A DNA stretch of 32,000 bases from Faecalibaculum rodentium (GCF_001564455.1 NZ_CP011391.1:900001-932000); one strand, 5' to 3'; positions 15,524 to 24,292 are shown, counted from the stretch's first letter. Notes: a model not told the origin generated them from the letters alone. Made by a program: numbers and translations.

Positions 15524-15841
15524 TTGAAACAGGCACAGTCAGTCAGTGACTTCGAACAGACGATTCAGAGCGGTTCCCCGGTCCTGGTGGACTTCTGCCA
15601 GCCCTGGTGTCCCTGCTGCAAGGCGTTTTTCCCCACCCTGGAAGCCTATGCACAGAAACCCGGCAGCGTGGAGGTCATGCAGGTGAACGGCGAGGAATTC
15701 CCGCAGATCTTCGAAGCCGCGGGCATTGAAAGCTGTCCCACGGTGATGGTTTTCGTGAATGGCCAGCCTGTCTCGAAAGAAGAGGGCGGCATGACGATCG
15801 CGGAACTGGAGCAGTTCCTTTCCGAAGCCGTTTCCAGGTAA
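15524..15841 (+). CDS. Thioredoxin-fold protein with an atypical WCPCC active site
   Basis: PVLVDFCQPWCPCCKAF aligns with Trx ...VDFWAEWCGPCK, and the cis-Pro loop SCPTVMVF is present. 105 aa from the TTG start at 15524; there is no in-frame ATG near the N-terminus. Confidence 0.78.
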   Translation: MKQAQSVSDFEQTIQSGSPVLVDFCQPWCPCCKAFFPTLEAYAQKPGSVEVMQVNGEEFPQIFEAAGIESCPTVMVFVNGQPVSKEEGGMTIAELEQFLSEAVSR

Positions 15842-15870
15842 ACCCCATAAAAACGACAGCAGAATGAAAC

Positions 15871-15907
15871 AAAAAACAGATCCGCAATGGGAGCGGACCT
15901 GTTTTTT
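15871..15907. terminator. Bidirectional terminator after the thioredoxin-like gene
   Basis: AAAAAACAGaTCCGC / GCGGAcCTGTTTTTT: a 9-bp stem with one mismatch and a 7-nt loop, flanked by an A6 run and a T6 run. Confidence 0.7.
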
Positions 15908-15964
15908 GTCGGGGATAGGAGCGGCTGAACTCAAGTACCATGGATGACAGCTTCATGCATGCAG

Positions 15965-16022
15965 AAAACCGGCTTTGCCTTGCTGGACAGAAAAAGGTCC
16001 ACAGGGAAACAAAGCCGGTTTT
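15965..16022. terminator. Long-stem hairpin downstream of the MATE gene (likely its terminator)
   Basis: AAAACCGGCTTTG (15965-15977) / CAAAGCCGGTTTT (16010-16022) form perfect 13-nt arms, with T/A runs on both sides. It lies 37 nt past the MATE stop. Confidence 0.55.
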
Positions 16023-16058
16023 GTTCTGTTGCATCCATGGAGGAACGGAAGCGGGGTC

Positions 16059-17384
16059 TCAATACCCGTAGCGCTTCTGTTCCTTTGCGAGAATGACGAT
16101 ATTTACCAGAAGGGCCAGAACTTCTGCCAGCGTCATGGACCACCAGATTCCGGATACCCCGAAAAACTGCGGAAGGATCAACACACAGGCGGCCTGAAAC
16201 ACAAGCGACCGCAGGAACGCCACGGCGGCGGAGATCAGACCATTGTTCAGGGCCGTGAAGAGGGCCGATGTGAAAATGTTTATCCCTGCAAAGACAATGC
16301 AGGTCGCAAAGATCTCCATTGCATCAATGGTCATGGCTTCCAGAGATGCATCATACCCTACATAGACTGCTGCGAGGGGACCTGCCAGGATCTCTGCAAG
16401 GGCAGTCATGACAAGTCCCGCACAAAGAGAGATGACGAGACTTTTCCCGAACAGGGAATGCAGCTCCTGCCGGTCCTGGGCACCGAAATGATAGGAAATC
16501 ACGGGACTGACGCCCATGGTGTAGCCGAAGAAGACGGCAATGAAGAAGAAAGCCACATACATGACGACACCATAGGCAGCCACACCCTGTTCCCCGACAT
16601 AGCGCATGAGCTGGAAATTGAACAGGATCGAAACCAGGGATCCCGAGATGTTGCTCATGAACTCGGACATGCCGTTGAGACAGGCCCTGGCCACCGGACC
16701 GGCTGCCGGCACAACGGCCATCAGCCGTAGGGAGGAAGAGCGGGAGGTCATGAACCAGACAAGCGGCGGAATGCTGCCGACACAGGTCCCCAGTCCGGTG
16801 GCCAGGGCGGCCCCAGACGTTCCCCAGCCGAAGACAGCAATGAACAGCCAGTCCAGGATCATGTTGGTGATTCCTGCCGCCACGGTGCAGACAAACCCGA
16901 GACCAGGTCTGCCGGCAGCCGCCAGGAAAGACTGAAACACATTCTGGAGAATGAATGTGGCATTGAAGAACAGGATCACGCGGGCATATTCGACGCAGTC
17001 TTGCATCATGCCGGCATCCGCTCCCAGCAGCCGGGCGATATCCGGCGCAAAGATACTGCCGAGGGCACCTGTCAGTACACCTGTGACAACAGCCGTCCAG
17101 GTCACCATGGAAAAGTACCGACTGGCCAGTTCCTTCTTGCCTTCTCCCAGGGTGCGTGCCGCCAGGGCAGTGCCACCGGTTCCGTACATGAACCCGAGTC
17201 CGCCCAGGATCATGAGAGCCGGCATGATGAGATTGACGGCCGCAAAAGCGGTCTGCCCCGCCCAGTTGGAGACGAAGAACCCATCCATGACGCCGTAGAT
17301 CGAGCTGAAGACCATCATGGCCACCGGGGCCAGACAGTATCTGAGAAGTCTTCCATAGGTGTAATGACCTGCCAGTCTGTTCAT
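16059..17384 (-). CDS. MATE-family multidrug/toxin efflux transporter
   Basis: 441 aa with 12 hydrophobic segments. The N-terminal pattern (LAPVAMMVFSSIYGVMDGFFVSNWAGQTAFAAVNLIMP) is typical of MATE. Its ATG overlaps the marR stop (ATGA). Confidence 0.88.
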   Translation of the reverse strand: MNRLAGHYTYGRLLRYCLAPVAMMVFSSIYGVMDGFFVSNWAGQTAFAAVNLIMPALMILGGLGFMYGTGGTALAARTLGEGKKELASRYFSMVTWTAVVTGVLTGALGSIFAPDIARLLGADAGMMQDCVEYARVILFFNATFILQNVFQSFLAAAGRPGLGFVCTVAAGITNMILDWLFIAVFGWGTSGAALATGLGTCVGSIPPLVWFMTSRSSSLRLMAVVPAAGPVARACLNGMSEFMSNISGSLVSILFNFQLMRYVGEQGVAAYGVVMYVAFFFIAVFFGYTMGVSPVISYHFGAQDRQELHSLFGKSLVISLCAGLVMTALAEILAGPLAAVYVGYDASLEAMTIDAMEIFATCIVFAGINIFTSALFTALNNGLISAAVAFLRSLVFQAACVLILPQFFGVSGIWWSMTLAEVLALLVNIVILAKEQKRYGY

Positions 17385-17875
17385 ACGCGAATCTCCTTTC
17401 CTGCCTCTGCATCCCCGTGCCGGGGTTGCCGCCGGAAGCCGGATTGTGCCGGATCACTGTCACGTTCCAGCTGCCCGGACAGGGCAGCATACTCCTCAAA
17501 AAGCGCGACAAAGGATTCCGCTTTTTCTGCCCCCATGGCTTCCAGAACTCTGTATTCTGTGTCCTGGACCTGACTGAAGATGGCCGAACATACGCTGCGT
17601 CCATGAACGGACAGGGAAATGGGTCCCCGTGTGTGTTCCTGAACCACATAGCCGTCCCTGCGCATGGCAGCCAGTGCAGAGGAGACTGTCTGTTTCGGCA
17701 GCCCGCCATACTGGACCAGCTGTGCCGATGCAAGAGGGACCGGGGAATTCCACAGCAGGCAGAGAGTCCTGAACACACTGTCGGACATACCTGCCTGCAG
17801 GGCGGGCTGCCGGTAGATGTGGTCCATGGCATTGAATGAGAGTGAGAGACGGTTGTTGAGTCGTGCAGTCTGCAT
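17381..17875 (-). CDS. MarR-family transcriptional regulator
   Basis: Winged HTH LASAQLVQYGGLPKQTVSSALAAMRRDGYVVQE. GGAGA SD upstream of the ATG at 17875. The track ORF start at 18043 is an extension with no SD. Confidence 0.85.
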   Translation of the reverse strand: MQTARLNNRLSLSFNAMDHIYRQPALQAGMSDSVFRTLCLLWNSPVPLASAQLVQYGGLPKQTVSSALAAMRRDGYVVQEHTRGPISLSVHGRSVCSAIFSQVQDTEYRVLEAMGAEKAESFVALFEEYAALSGQLERDSDPAQSGFRRQPRHGDAEAGKEIRV

Positions 17876-18088
17876 ACAGTCTCCTTTCCGATACAGCCGG
17901 TTTGTGGCTGCCGTTTCTGTCAGAGGGAGGATACTTGGTCCGAAATCGATGCACAAGACTGAAATCGGACAAATTGGCCAAAGGACCCTGTTGTGGCACT
18001 CTTGCCGAAGGCCTCCTGTTTGCCGGAGAAGCCGGACCTCCACAGGTTACGGATTGCGTCAACACACGGTTTTCGCTACCATGAAGAT

Positions 18089-21000
18089 ATGCTTCACTTA
18101 CATACCCGCTCCTGCTGTTCCTTCCTGGAAAGCCCGCTGCGGCCGGAACAAATTGTGCAGTGTGCCAGGAATGCAGGGATGACTGCTGCCGCGATCACGG
18201 ATCATGATGCCATGTATGGGGTCATGGAGTTTTATCATGCCTGCCGGAACGCAGACATGAAACCGGTGTTCGGACTGGAAACGGAAATCCAGGGTGTGCG
18301 GCTTCTGGTGCTGGCAAAAGACGACCAGGGTCTGCAGACATTGTATGCCTGGAATTCCAGAATCATGGAAGACCGCGTGAATCCACCTGTGTCCAGGGAA
18401 AACCAGCCGGCGGAAAATGAACCGGCACCTGGACAGTTTCCCGTCTTCCCGCATTGCGTGACGATTGCCCTGACCATCCGCGACCGGCTGGAAGAGGCGA
18501 TGATCCGCCAGGATGAGCGGACGGTCCGGGAAATCCTCGTGGGTCTGAAGGAAACGCAGGAAGAATTTGTGACAGCCGAGGCCATGATGGATGTATCAGC
18601 CAGACGCAGCCGCCAGGCCTGGCTGGACGTGATTCTGCAGGATCTGCAGCTGCCCAAAGCGGCAGTTTCCTACGTACTCTATGAACAGGAAGAGGATGCC
18701 GCTTTGCTGCAGGTGCTCCGGGCCATTGCCGAAAACAAGCTGGCGACCGATCTGACACTGGATGTTGCCTGGCACAGGCAGTTCAGGACCCTGGAAGAAA
18801 TGCAGCAGCTGTATTCCCCCGAAGCAATGGCCACGGCACAGGCTCTGGAAGACCGGCTGCATGTGACAATGTCCATGCAGAAGAGCAGCCTGCCTCCGTT
18901 TTCCAACCGGCTGGGACTCTCCAGCAGGGAGTTTCTGGTCAGGCTCGCAAAAACCGGCCTGAACCGGCGGCTGGCTGGTCACGTTCCGGAACGGTACCGC
19001 GAACGCCTGGAGTACGAACTGGATGTGATCACCCGCATGGGATTCACGGACTATTTTCTCATTGTATATGACATGATCCGGTTTGCCCGCAGCCGGGGCA
19101 TGCTCACAGGGCCGGGCAGAGGGAGTGCTGCCGGCAGCCTGGTGGCCTGGAGCCTGGGAATCACCCACATCGATCCCATTTCCTCCGGGCTGCTCTTTGA
19201 ACGGTTCCTGAATCCGGAGCGGATCACCATGCCGGATATCGATACGGATTTCCCGGATGACCGCCGCGACGAAGTGGTGCAGTATCTCCGGCAAGCCTAT
19301 GGCCAGACCCACGTGGCACAGATCGCGGCCTTTTCCAACCTGAAAGCCCGGGCAGTGCTGCGGGATGTGGCCAAAGCCTTCGGCGTCCCCGCACGGGTGA
19401 TCGACCCGGTCACCCGGCTGATCCCGAACATGTCGGGCATGACCATGGAGCGTGCCTGGCAGACGGTCCCCCGCCTGAGGACACTGGTGGAAGCGAAGCC
19501 CGGTCTCAGGAAAACCTGGGCCATGGCCCGCAGACTGGAAGGCCTCCCCCGGCATGTCACGACTCATGCCGCTGGTGTCGTGTTGTCAGACCAGGACATC
19601 CGGCTTGTGGCACCTCTTGTCTGGATGGACAGGAACACCAGCGCCACACAGTTTTCCATGGAGCACCTGGAGGAACTGGGCCTGATCAAAATCGATGTGC
19701 TGTCCCTGCGCAATCTCACCATCATCCGGGAAGTCCTGGACCAGATCGACAATCCACCCGATCTGTACACGATGCCCACCGATGACGAGGCCACCTGGGC
19801 ACTGCTGGACCGGGCTGACACAACCGGTGTGTTCCAGCTCGAAAAAGAAGGGATCCGCCAGCTCCTGCGCCAGATGCACCCCCGTCAGTTTGAAGATGTG
19901 GCGGTTGTCCTTGCGCTTTACCGCCCGGGCCCCATGGCCGAAATACCGCATTACCTGCAGAACCGTGCACATCCGGAGTCCATTGTCTATCCGCATCCAC
20001 TGCTGGAACCCGTGCTGAAGGAAACATATGGGGTCATGATCTACCAGGAACAGATCATGGAAACCGCCCGGATCATTGGCGGGTTCAGTCTGGGTCAGGC
20101 GGATATCCTGCGCAAGGCAATGTCCAAGAAACAGCAGGATGTGATGGGCCGGTACCGGGAGCAGTTTCTCGAGGGAGCCCTGGTGCAGGGGATCGATGCC
20201 GGGCAGGCAGCGGAGATTTTCAGCCTGATGGAAAAATTCGCCGGCTATGGATTCAACAAGTCGCACTCCTATGCCTATGGACGTGTGGCCTGGGCCATGG
20301 CCTGGCTCAAGGCCAATCATCCTCTGCCGTTTTACCAGAGCATCCTGAATCACGTGATCGGTGCCGAGGTGAAAACCGGGCAGTACCTGTACGAATGCCG
20401 CCAGCGCCGGATCCCGGTGCTTGGACCGGATATCCGGGTTTCCTCAGACCGCTGGCAGATTGAAAACGGAGCCCTGCGCATGCCACTGACAGTCATGAAG
20501 GGCATCGGGACCGCACTGCTGCCCAGGATCGTGGAAGTGCAAAAAAACGGTGAATTCCCGGGCGTGATCGACACCATTGCCAGGCTCTGGGCACAGAAAG
20601 TCAATGAAAGTCAGCTGCGGGTCCTGGTGGACGGAGGAGCCTTTGATTTTTACGGCATCAACCGCGCGACGCTGCGGGAGAACATGACCAGGATCCTGAA
20701 CTATGCCCACATCATCCGGGTCGAGAAGGAGGAAGTGCTCTTTGACTACTCCATTGCCAGTGAACCGACGCTGGTGAAACACCGGGAAGATCCCATGGAG
20801 AAGAGCACACGGGAGAAGGCCGTGTTCGGGTTTTATTTCTGTGAACATCCAGTACAGACGCTGCGGAAGGGACGCTTTTCCAATACAGACCCTATTGCCT
20901 TCATACAGGATGTGACGGGATTTGTCCGGATCCTGGGACGGGTTGCATCCTATCATCCTCACAAAACGAAGAAAGGCGACCTGATGTGCTTCGTGACGGT

Positions 21001-21199
21001 GGAGGACGAAACGGGCCAGATCGATCTGGCGGTTATGCCGGATACCTTTGCCAGACAGCGCGATCTGATCCTGGAAGGCACGCTGCTGTATATACAGGGA
21101 AAGAAGGACCGGCCCGGTTCCGTGCTGGTGCGCTCCATGGAGAAAATCACCTCCGTCGCAGATACCGGCAGCCAGGCAGAACAGCGGCCCGATGCATAG
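18089..21199 (+). CDS. dnaE: DNA polymerase III alpha subunit (DnaE type), 1036 aa
   Basis: PHP N-terminus (MLHLHTRSCCS...AITDHDAMYG), palm catalytic PDIDTDF, GRGSAAGSLVAWSLGIT, fingers YRPGPM, and an OB fold near the C-terminus (MCFVTVEDETGQIDLAV). Confidence 0.95.
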   Translation: MLHLHTRSCCSFLESPLRPEQIVQCARNAGMTAAAITDHDAMYGVMEFYHACRNADMKPVFGLETEIQGVRLLVLAKDDQGLQTLYAWNSRIMEDRVNPPVSRENQPAENEPAPGQFPVFPHCVTIALTIRDRLEEAMIRQDERTVREILVGLKETQEEFVTAEAMMDVSARRSRQAWLDVILQDLQLPKAAVSYVLYEQEEDAALLQVLRAIAENKLATDLTLDVAWHRQFRTLEEMQQLYSPEAMATAQALEDRLHVTMSMQKSSLPPFSNRLGLSSREFLVRLAKTGLNRRLAGHVPERYRERLEYELDVITRMGFTDYFLIVYDMIRFARSRGMLTGPGRGSAAGSLVAWSLGITHIDPISSGLLFERFLNPERITMPDIDTDFPDDRRDEVVQYLRQAYGQTHVAQIAAFSNLKARAVLRDVAKAFGVPARVIDPVTRLIPNMSGMTMERAWQTVPRLRTLVEAKPGLRKTWAMARRLEGLPRHVTTHAAGVVLSDQDIRLVAPLVWMDRNTSATQFSMEHLEELGLIKIDVLSLRNLTIIREVLDQIDNPPDLYTMPTDDEATWALLDRADTTGVFQLEKEGIRQLLRQMHPRQFEDVAVVLALYRPGPMAEIPHYLQNRAHPESIVYPHPLLEPVLKETYGVMIYQEQIMETARIIGGFSLGQADILRKAMSKKQQDVMGRYREQFLEGALVQGIDAGQAAEIFSLMEKFAGYGFNKSHSYAYGRVAWAMAWLKANHPLPFYQSILNHVIGAEVKTGQYLYECRQRRIPVLGPDIRVSSDRWQIENGALRMPLTVMKGIGTALLPRIVEVQKNGEFPGVIDTIARLWAQKVNESQLRVLVDGGAFDFYGINRATLRENMTRILNYAHIIRVEKEEVLFDYSIASEPTLVKHREDPMEKSTREKAVFGFYFCEHPVQTLRKGRFSNTDPIAFIQDVTGFVRILGRVASYHPHKTKKGDLMCFVTVEDETGQIDLAVMPDTFARQRDLILEGTLLYIQGKKDRPGSVLVRSMEKITSVADTGSQAEQRPDA

Positions 21200-21644
21200 C
21201 CGCACGGTGAAAAAGTGGATCATGACTGCGCTGACCCTGCTGGTGATGGCGGGCATCTTCCTGTTCTCCGGTGCAGACGGGACCAGATCCGGTATGCAGT
21301 CCGGTATCTTTGCCGGGCTGCTGTTCTGGATGAATCCGGAGGATGCCTCGTTTCTGGTCCGGAAGACGGCGCATTTCACGATCTATCTGGTCCTCGGCCT
21401 GTGCATGAACGGCACACTGCGGGAGTGGGGGATCCACAGCCGGTCCCGGCGGGCTTTTCTGTCAGTCCTGCTGTGCTTTCTGTATGCCTGCAGCGATGAA
21501 TGGCACCAGACCTTTGTGCCTGGCAGAGCCGGACAGATCCGGGATGTGCTGCTGGATACCGCCGGCAGTCTGACAGGCACAGTGGCCGCAATTCTGATTC
21601 AGTGGCCGGCACACAGAAGGCGGAAAAACGGGACCGGGGTATGA
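21192..21644 (+). CDS. VanZ-family membrane protein
   Basis: RKTAHFTIYLVLGL ... SDEWHQTFVPGRAGQIRDVLLDTAGSLTG is the VanZ-like signature. The start is uncertain (21192 overlaps the dnaE stop; alternative ATG at 21222). Confidence 0.78.
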   Translation: MHSRTVKKWIMTALTLLVMAGIFLFSGADGTRSGMQSGIFAGLLFWMNPEDASFLVRKTAHFTIYLVLGLCMNGTLREWGIHSRSRRAFLSVLLCFLYACSDEWHQTFVPGRAGQIRDVLLDTAGSLTGTVAAILIQWPAHRRRKNGTGV

Positions 21645-21725
21645 CACCTGACCGGTGTGTTTTTGCGGATGGCCGGAATCACCCGGAACGGAGACGAATC
21701 GCCCGGAATTGCCTGCAGTCATCCA

Positions 21726-21754
21726 TTGATTTTCCTTTTTGACGCTTCTATAAT
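21726..21754 (+). promoter_or_regulatory. Strong candidate sigma-A promoter of rplU-prp-rpmA
   Basis: TTGATT (21726-21731), a 17-nt spacer, then consensus TATAAT (21749-21754). Confidence 0.6.
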
Positions 21755-21760
21755 AGAAAC

Positions 21761-21851
21761 GTTGCAGACTGTACTAACTGCAACCGCACAGAAAAGGTTG
21801 AAGCGGTCATGCCGCACCTTGATGGCGAGTATCAGAATGAACAGGAGGTGC
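21761..21851 (+). promoter_or_regulatory. Structured 5' UTR of rplU; candidate ribosomal-protein L21 leader
   Basis: Hairpin GTTGCAG (21761-21767) / CTGCAAC (21778-21784). A GCGG/CCGC hairpin (21803-21815) competes with GCACCT (21814-21819) pairing to AGGTGC (21846-21851), which covers the SD. Confidence 0.4.
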
Positions 21852-21856
21852 ACGAG

Positions 21857-22159
21857 ATGTACGCAATTATCGAAACAGGCGGAAAGCAGATCAAAGTCGA
21901 AGACGGAATGGAAATCTTCGTAGAAAAGCTGGATGCTCAGGAAGGCGAAACTGTCACGTTCGACAAAGTCCTCTACGTGGATGGAAAGATCGGACACCCG
22001 TTTGTGGAAGGTGCCACAGTCACCGGCACTGTTGAAAAGCAGGGCAAGGGCCAGAAAATCACCATTGTGAAATACAAGCCCAAGAAATCTTCCACACGCC
22101 GGAAGCAGGGTCACCGTCAGCCTTATACGAAAGTCAAGATCACAGCGATCCAGGCGTAA
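21857..22159 (+). CDS. rplU: 50S ribosomal protein L21
   Basis: [15 protein letters not shown]...[20 protein letters not shown] 6 nt upstream of ATG 21857. Confidence 0.97.
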   Translation: MYAIIETGGKQIKVEDGMEIFVEKLDAQEGETVTFDKVLYVDGKIGHPFVEGATVTGTVEKQGKGQKITIVKYKPKKSSTRRKQGHRQPYTKVKITAIQA

Positions 22160-22474
22160 ATGGTGCGTGTGAACATTGGCATTTCCGGAGACCTGATCCA
22201 GTCTGTCACTGTCAAAGGCCATGCCTGCAGCGGTGAATACGGTCAGGACCTGGTTTGTGCCGGCGTTTCGAGCATCATGACCGGAGCGCTCAATGCTCTG
22301 GACATCCTGTTTCCCGGCCAGTGCCGTCTTCGGATGGCGGACAACTGCATGGAAGCAGCCGCAGAAACCGGAAACGAACAGCTTCAGGCTGTGCTGCGGA
22401 CCATCGTGATCCAGCTGGAAACGATGGAAGAAGGGTTTCCGGACAACATCAAAGTCATAAGGAAAGAGGTGTAA
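22160..22474 (+). CDS. prp: Ribosomal-processing cysteine protease Prp (YsxB family)
   Basis: [28 protein letters not shown] contains the His/Cys dyad pattern. It sits in the conserved position between rplU and rpmA. Confidence 0.9.
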   Translation: MVRVNIGISGDLIQSVTVKGHACSGEYGQDLVCAGVSSIMTGALNALDILFPGQCRLRMADNCMEAAAETGNEQLQAVLRTIVIQLETMEEGFPDNIKVIRKEV

Positions 22475-22476
22475 TC

Positions 22477-22758
22477 ATGCGTTTTACATTAGACATTCAG
22501 TTCTTTGCCTCCAAAAAAGGTGTAGGTTCCACGAAGAACGGTCGTGATTCCCACTCCAAGCGTCTTGGCGCCAAGCTGGCAGACGGTCAGTCCTGCCATG
22601 CAGGGTCCATCATCTACCGTCAGCGCGGCACAAAAATCCACCCGGGTGAAAACGTGGGCCGTGGCGGTGATGACACACTGTTCGCCAAAGTGGACGGTGT
22701 CGTCAAGTACGAGCGGATGGGCAAGGACAGGAAAAAAGTTTCTGTTTATCCCGCATAA
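22477..22758 (+). CDS. rpmA: 50S ribosomal protein L27 with an N-terminal propeptide
   Basis: [10 protein letters not shown]|[15 protein letters not shown]...: a Firmicute-type cleavable extension ending in FF-A, then the canonical L27 sequence. Confidence 0.97.
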   Translation: MRFTLDIQFFASKKGVGSTKNGRDSHSKRLGAKLADGQSCHAGSIIYRQRGTKIHPGENVGRGGDDTLFAKVDGVVKYERMGKDRKKVSVYPA

Positions 22759-22768
22759 GCTGAACAGG

Positions 22769-22790
22769 GCTGCCACTGGCAGCTTTTTTT
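22769..22790 (+). terminator. Rho-independent terminator after rpmA
   Basis: GCTGCC (22769-22774) / GGCAGC (22778-22783) stem with a 3-nt loop, then T7 (22784-22790). Confidence 0.7.
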
Positions 22791-22871
22791 AAAGCCGCTG
22801 CCCGGACATGCCCGCTATTGGCATTTTTGACGGCCGGCTCGTATCATAATTGTGACTGGAGGAACTCCTTA

Positions 22872-24152
22872 ATGTTTACAGATCAGGTCAAGATACACTT
22901 GAAAGCCGGCAAGGGCGGCGACGGGCTCGTCAGTTTCCGGCATGAAAAATATATTCCCTACGGTGGTCCGTTCGGCGGAGATGGCGGAGATGGCGGAGAC
23001 ATCATTTTCGAGGCGGATCCTGGCCGCACGACGCTGCTGGATCTGCGCTACAACCGGAAGGTCGTGGCCCAACCCGGCGGCAAGGGCAAAAACAAGCGCA
23101 TGCATGGCGCCAATGGAGAGGACAAAATCGTCAAGGTCCCCCTGGGTACGATCGTTCGCCGGGGAGATACCGGGCAGATCATAGCGGATTTGACAGAAGC
23201 GGGGCAGCAGGCAGTGGTGGCCAAAGGCGGCCGCGGCGGCCGTGGCAACTGTCATTTTAAAAGCAGCCGGAATACCGCCCCCAAGTATGCCGAGGACGGA
23301 AAACCGGGGGATGAATTCGATGCACAGATCGAACTGCGTGTCCTGGCGGATGTCGGACTGGTCGGATTTCCTTCCGTCGGCAAAAGCACCATGCTGGATG
23401 CAGTGTCCCGGGCCAGACCGGAGATTGGGGACTATCCCTTCACCACGATTCACCCCAATGTGGGTGTCGTGGAAACCGGCGACGGGCGGTCATTCATCAT
23501 GGCAGACCTTCCCGGTCTGATTGAAGGAGCCAGCGAGGGCAAGGGACTGGGTCATCAGTTCCTGAAACACATTGAACGATGCCGGGTCATTGTGCATGTC
23601 ATTGACATGGGTGGTGAAGAAGGCCGGGACCCGGTGGAGGACTATAAAATCATCAACGATGAGCTGAAGGACTACCATCTGCGGCTGCTGGACCGTCCCC
23701 AGGTGGTGGTGGCCAACAAAATGGATGAGGCACATGCCGAAGAAAACCTGAAGCGATTCAAAGAGGCGTATCCGGATGTGGAAATCTTCGAGACCACGGC
23801 CATCATTCACGAGGGCCTGGATCCTGTCCTGAGACGTGCTGCGGATCTTCTGGCGACCACACCGGCGTTCCCGATCGAAGGCACGGAAGAAAACCAGGAG
23901 GGTGTGGTCTACACCTTTGAGGAGAAGAAAAAAGAAGTCGAGATCGAGGAAGTGGAACCCGGAGTATGGCAGCTGTCAGGTCCACGGATCGAGCGCAACT
24001 TCAACATCAGCAAGCTCAATACCGAAGAGGATTACTATCTGTTCGCAAACCGGATGCGGTATCTTGGCATCGACAACCTGCTGCGGGAAGCAGGAGTCAA
24101 GGATGGAGACACTGTCCGGATCGAGAACTTCGAGTTCGAATTCGTGGAATAG
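22872..24152 (+). CDS. obg: GTPase Obg/CgtA
   Basis: MFTDQVKIHLKAGKGGDGLVSFRHEKY and the glycine-rich Obg fold. G motifs GFPSVGKST, DLPGLIEGA and NKMD. C-terminal OCT-like domain. TGGAGGAA SD upstream of ATG 22872. Confidence 0.95.
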   Translation: MFTDQVKIHLKAGKGGDGLVSFRHEKYIPYGGPFGGDGGDGGDIIFEADPGRTTLLDLRYNRKVVAQPGGKGKNKRMHGANGEDKIVKVPLGTIVRRGDTGQIIADLTEAGQQAVVAKGGRGGRGNCHFKSSRNTAPKYAEDGKPGDEFDAQIELRVLADVGLVGFPSVGKSTMLDAVSRARPEIGDYPFTTIHPNVGVVETGDGRSFIMADLPGLIEGASEGKGLGHQFLKHIERCRVIVHVIDMGGEEGRDPVEDYKIINDELKDYHLRLLDRPQVVVANKMDEAHAEENLKRFKEAYPDVEIFETTAIIHEGLDPVLRRAADLLATTPAFPIEGTEENQEGVVYTFEEKKKEVEIEEVEPGVWQLSGPRIERNFNISKLNTEEDYYLFANRMRYLGIDNLLREAGVKDGDTVRIENFEFEFVE

Positions 24153-24167
24153 CGTGTTCAGTGTTTA

Positions 24168-24200
24168 CCGCCAGATGGCCAGGCCATCTGGCGGTTTTTT
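24168..24200 (+). terminator. Strong rho-independent terminator after obg
   Basis: CCGCCAGATGGCC (24168-24180) / GGCCATCTGGCGG (24182-24194) form perfect 13-nt arms, followed by TTTTTT (24195-24200). Confidence 0.88.
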
Positions 24201-24292
24201 CAGAACAGTTCGTGGCTTTTCCGGCAGATTCTGCTGCCGTATTTGCCAGATGTTTTACCGGATGGATATTATACAGACAAGGAGGTGATCCC

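Noticed and set aside
16351-17832. A 493-aa minus-strand ORF overlapping the MATE and marR genes in another frame. The 251-aa plus-strand ORF at 15975-16730 is a similar case.
   Set aside because: These are off-frame or antisense to a 12-TM MATE transporter and a MarR wHTH protein. The translations are Arg/Gly/Cys/His-rich nonsense.
22255-22476. The upstream part of the 167-aa ORF that contains L27.
   Set aside because: It is out of frame with, and overlaps, the Prp gene. L27 clearly begins at [10 protein letters not shown] (ATG 22477).
23966-24292. The upstream part of the 281-aa ORF that contains the lipoprotein.
   Set aside because: This part overlaps the obg 3' end and the strong obg terminator. 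The lipoprotein signal peptide with an SD-backed GTG begins at 24293.
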